DNA from: the human T2T-CHM13v2.0 reference genome, Homo sapiens
DNA length: 64,000 nucleotides
NCBI RefSeq assembly: GCF_009914755.1
Contig: NC_060945.1
Strand: one strand, 5' to 3'
Position 1 is the stretch's first letter. Each line of letters begins with the position of its first letter. The notes beneath the pieces are model-generated. The model had not been told where the DNA came from. It did not search any database and saw nothing but the letters and a program-made list of their open reading frames with translations. The position numbers were made by a program, and so were the translations under genes. Positions 60,440 to 64,000 of this stretch are shown here, piece after piece.

Positions 60440-61030
60440 TACAGTCGCCTACAGTTGTCATTGTTTTGTCCGCTTGGCACATATCTCCTCCCTTTCTTTT
60501 AGTATTAGGAACTCTCTTTCTCACGGAGAACCCATTAACCCATTCCCGTGTGATTTAGCTGGAGTTCTTCCAGCAGCATCATACAAGTGGGCACATGGCC
60601 AACCCTCCCAGGCCAATCAGAGTGCATGCCATTTTCCGGGTTACTGTGATGGGTTGAGAGGTGGGCTCAAAAGCTGTGAGTCAGAACCTGGCTGGGCCAG
60701 TCGGAATTGCTCCTCCAGTTTTCCTATGGAACTCTTGGGAGAATGACATGTTCTCTAGAGCAGAAGCCATGAAGAAAGCTAAGCTGAGAGCTGTCAGAGA
60801 TGATCTTGGCTTCCATGTGGAGCTATCTGGCCAGAGAATATGGCCCAAAGGAAAGCAGAAATGACAGAGAAGCAGGGGTACAGGAAAGGGGTCTAAATGG
60901 CATAATTTGGCTTCCTGAATCCAACTCTACCTGAAGCCATTCCCATTCCTTACTTATGCTGCCCAGATATGGGGAACTAATACATCTCTTTTTTTCCTTA
61001 CAGTGGTTTGAATTGCATTTATATCACAGG
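60440..61030 (+). mobile_element. Old MLT1-like LTR fragment
   Basis: 'ggccaatcagagt...gtgatgggttgaga', 'gcttcctgaatcca...cctgaagcc', 'gtttgaattgcattt'. Confidence 0.55.
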
Positions 61031-61840
61031 CAAAAACAAAAAACAAACAAACAAAAAAAACACCTTGACAAAGATGGAAAGTAAAGGAGAAAGATGGAGA
61101 CTGGGTTGGACAGGATGGGTGGTCTCTGAGGGCTCTAAATGCCAGGCAGAGAAGCTTGCCTTATTATGATACATAAATCCTTTCTGGAAAGAGGTGAGAA
61201 ATGCTGTTATCCACCTTTAGCTCTGACTCTTCCCTTCATGTGCTGAGGGGCACTAAGAAGACTCTTTCTTTTAACTGTAAGAAGAGGGTAACAGCCACAT
61301 TTCACTCCAAACCATTAATTTAATAAGTTTAGACAGAAGAGATTATTAGCCTCAGAAGGTGTTGCTTTCATTATCATTGAAATGTGCTTTTTCTGCTTTC
61401 TACTATGTTCTATTCTTCCCTCCCTGAATGCCCACATGCAAATTAGGGAATGTTGCAATGCCCAGAGCAGAGTTATAACATCCAGCTGTACTACAACAGC
61501 AGTTTTACATAAATGGCCATCCTCTAAACTGTGGACATTTGATAAAGTATGTGGGCTCTTCTCATAATTAAAAGCCCAAAAGGGAACCAAGGAAACACAG
61601 AGAACATTATTCTAGTGACTTATAAAACTGGGCTGGAGAAAATCTCCTATGTCTAGAGGTGGAAGAGAAAGGATAAAAAAGGAGAAGGAGTAGAACAGAA
61701 AATGCAAATGAGAAAAAGAGATGGCGGTGGAAAGAAGGGCTGCAGTAGAAGACAGGAGAGAATAGAGCAAGCAGAGGCAGGAAGCCAAGTACGAAAAGGA
61801 GGAGAGGAGTGGGGAGTGTTTAGATCAAGACTCTTCTCTT

Positions 61841-62728
<888 letters not shown>

Positions 62729-62778
62729 GACCCTTCTCTTCTCTGGACCTCCATTTCCTCCTCTGGGGCATCCATAGG

Positions 62779-62938
62779 CAGAGCCAACTACATAATTTGC
62801 AGGGCCTGATACAAAATCGAAACGTGGAGCCCTTTGTTCAAAATGTACTCAAAATTTGGAGGCAGCAGCAGCACAGCATTAAACCAACTGTGGGGACCTG
62901 TGCAACCATGGAGGTCACATGCCCATGAAGCTGGCTCT
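62779..62938 (-). mobile_element. MER45A hAT-Tip100 MITE
   Basis: 'ctacataatttgcagggcc...ttgttcaaaa...agcattaaacca...aggtcacatgcccatgaagctggctct'. Confidence 0.82.
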
Positions 62939-63507
62939 AATAAATTAGATCAGGATTTTCAGAAGGTGTTCTGTAAACTCCAGATATTCCAAAAACAAAA
63001 GATTCCTTATTCTCATCTCTAGGAAGTGGGGCACATTTCCCCATCCCTTCATTGAAGATTCAAAATGCGCGTGAACTGCTCCAGAAAGCCCTGCTTGAAA
63101 GCAAGAAACGTGTGTGCCTTCATTTCAACCAGTTTCTCAAATGTATTTGACCATAGCAACATTTTTTCCCCAATTCTCCATATTAATACCCCATATAACC
63201 CATTTTGCAAAATGCTTGAAGTCGATGGTCTTGAGGTCCCTGGAGCTAGAAAAGGCATTAGCAGTCACCCACAGCAGCCCCTCCTGCCCTGAGATTGGAT
63301 GCTCACAAATCTGCTCTTCTTGGCCTTGATGATGACAGTGGTCTCTTTCTTCCAGATTTGATGAGTGTGGGGCATGGGAGGAGATTACTGGGGTTGCAAA
63401 ACCTGCAGCAGGTTCTCAAAGATGACATATCAACTCCCCTAAATGCCCCTCCACTCAGGCACCATGAAAGCCTTTGTTTTAATACACTCAAAATGTTGCC
63501 TCTTCAC

Positions 63508-63815
63508 GGCCGGGCACAGTGGCTTATGCCTATAATCCCAGCACTTCGGGAGGCTAAGGCGGGTGGATCATGAGGTCAAGAGATCGAGACCATCCTGACC
63601 AACATAGTGAAACCCTGTCTCTACTAAAAATACAAAAAAAAAATCAGCTGGGCGTGGTGGTGCATGCCTGTAGTCCCAGCTACTCAGGAGGCTGAGGCAG
63701 GAGAATCACTTAAACCCGGGAGGCAGAGGTTGCAGTGAGCCGAGATCACGCCACTGCACTCCAGCCTGGGTTACAGAGTTAGACTCCGTCTCAAAAAAAA
63801 AAAAAAAAAAAAAAA
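63508..63815 (+). mobile_element. AluSc-like
   Basis: 'gagatcgagaccatcctg'; TSD GTT(G/A)CCTCTTCAC. Confidence 0.93.
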
Positions 63816-64000
63816 GTTACCTCTTCACTAATTTCTAATCTCCCCAGAAAATTTGTAAGGGGGTTTTGATACCATATGTAGGACAGGAATAAATACAATG
63901 TTTATAGAACTCTTGCATCTCAGATCATTGTATTCAATTCAAAGTGTGTAATTTTATTTGGGGAGGATTTATGCTGAGAACTATCAGTATCCCAGCGCCT

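Overview
Human (primate) genomic DNA, very Alu-rich, with no credible protein-coding exon. A CpG island at ~41.6-44.2 kb holds a minus-strand non-coding first exon (~42908-43068, GTGAGT donor). I recognise its sequence from memory as the 5' end of the TIAM1 mRNA (chr21q22.11); a BLAT would confirm this. Positions 1-42907 are then TIAM1 intron 1, and 44-64 kb is upstream intergenic DNA. The promoter has several CCAAT boxes and splice donors on both strands, consistent with a divergent antisense lncRNA and an alternative upstream first exon. The remainder is about 75 Alus plus L1, L2, MIR, MaLR and ERV1 solo LTRs, and hAT/mariner MITEs. I found no convincing previously undescribed biological system. 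The most notable structures are: (1) a ~165-bp inverted duplication of an Alu tail plus unique flank that ends just before the first Pol III terminator; (2) a 19-bp inverted repeat pairing splice donors of opposite strands near the promoter; (3) a perfect 12-bp inverted pair of CCAAT boxes; (4) a candidate uORF-bearing exon in the island; (5) several local Alu-mediated duplications or conversions. Repeat subfamily names and boundaries are by-eye calls and approximate.
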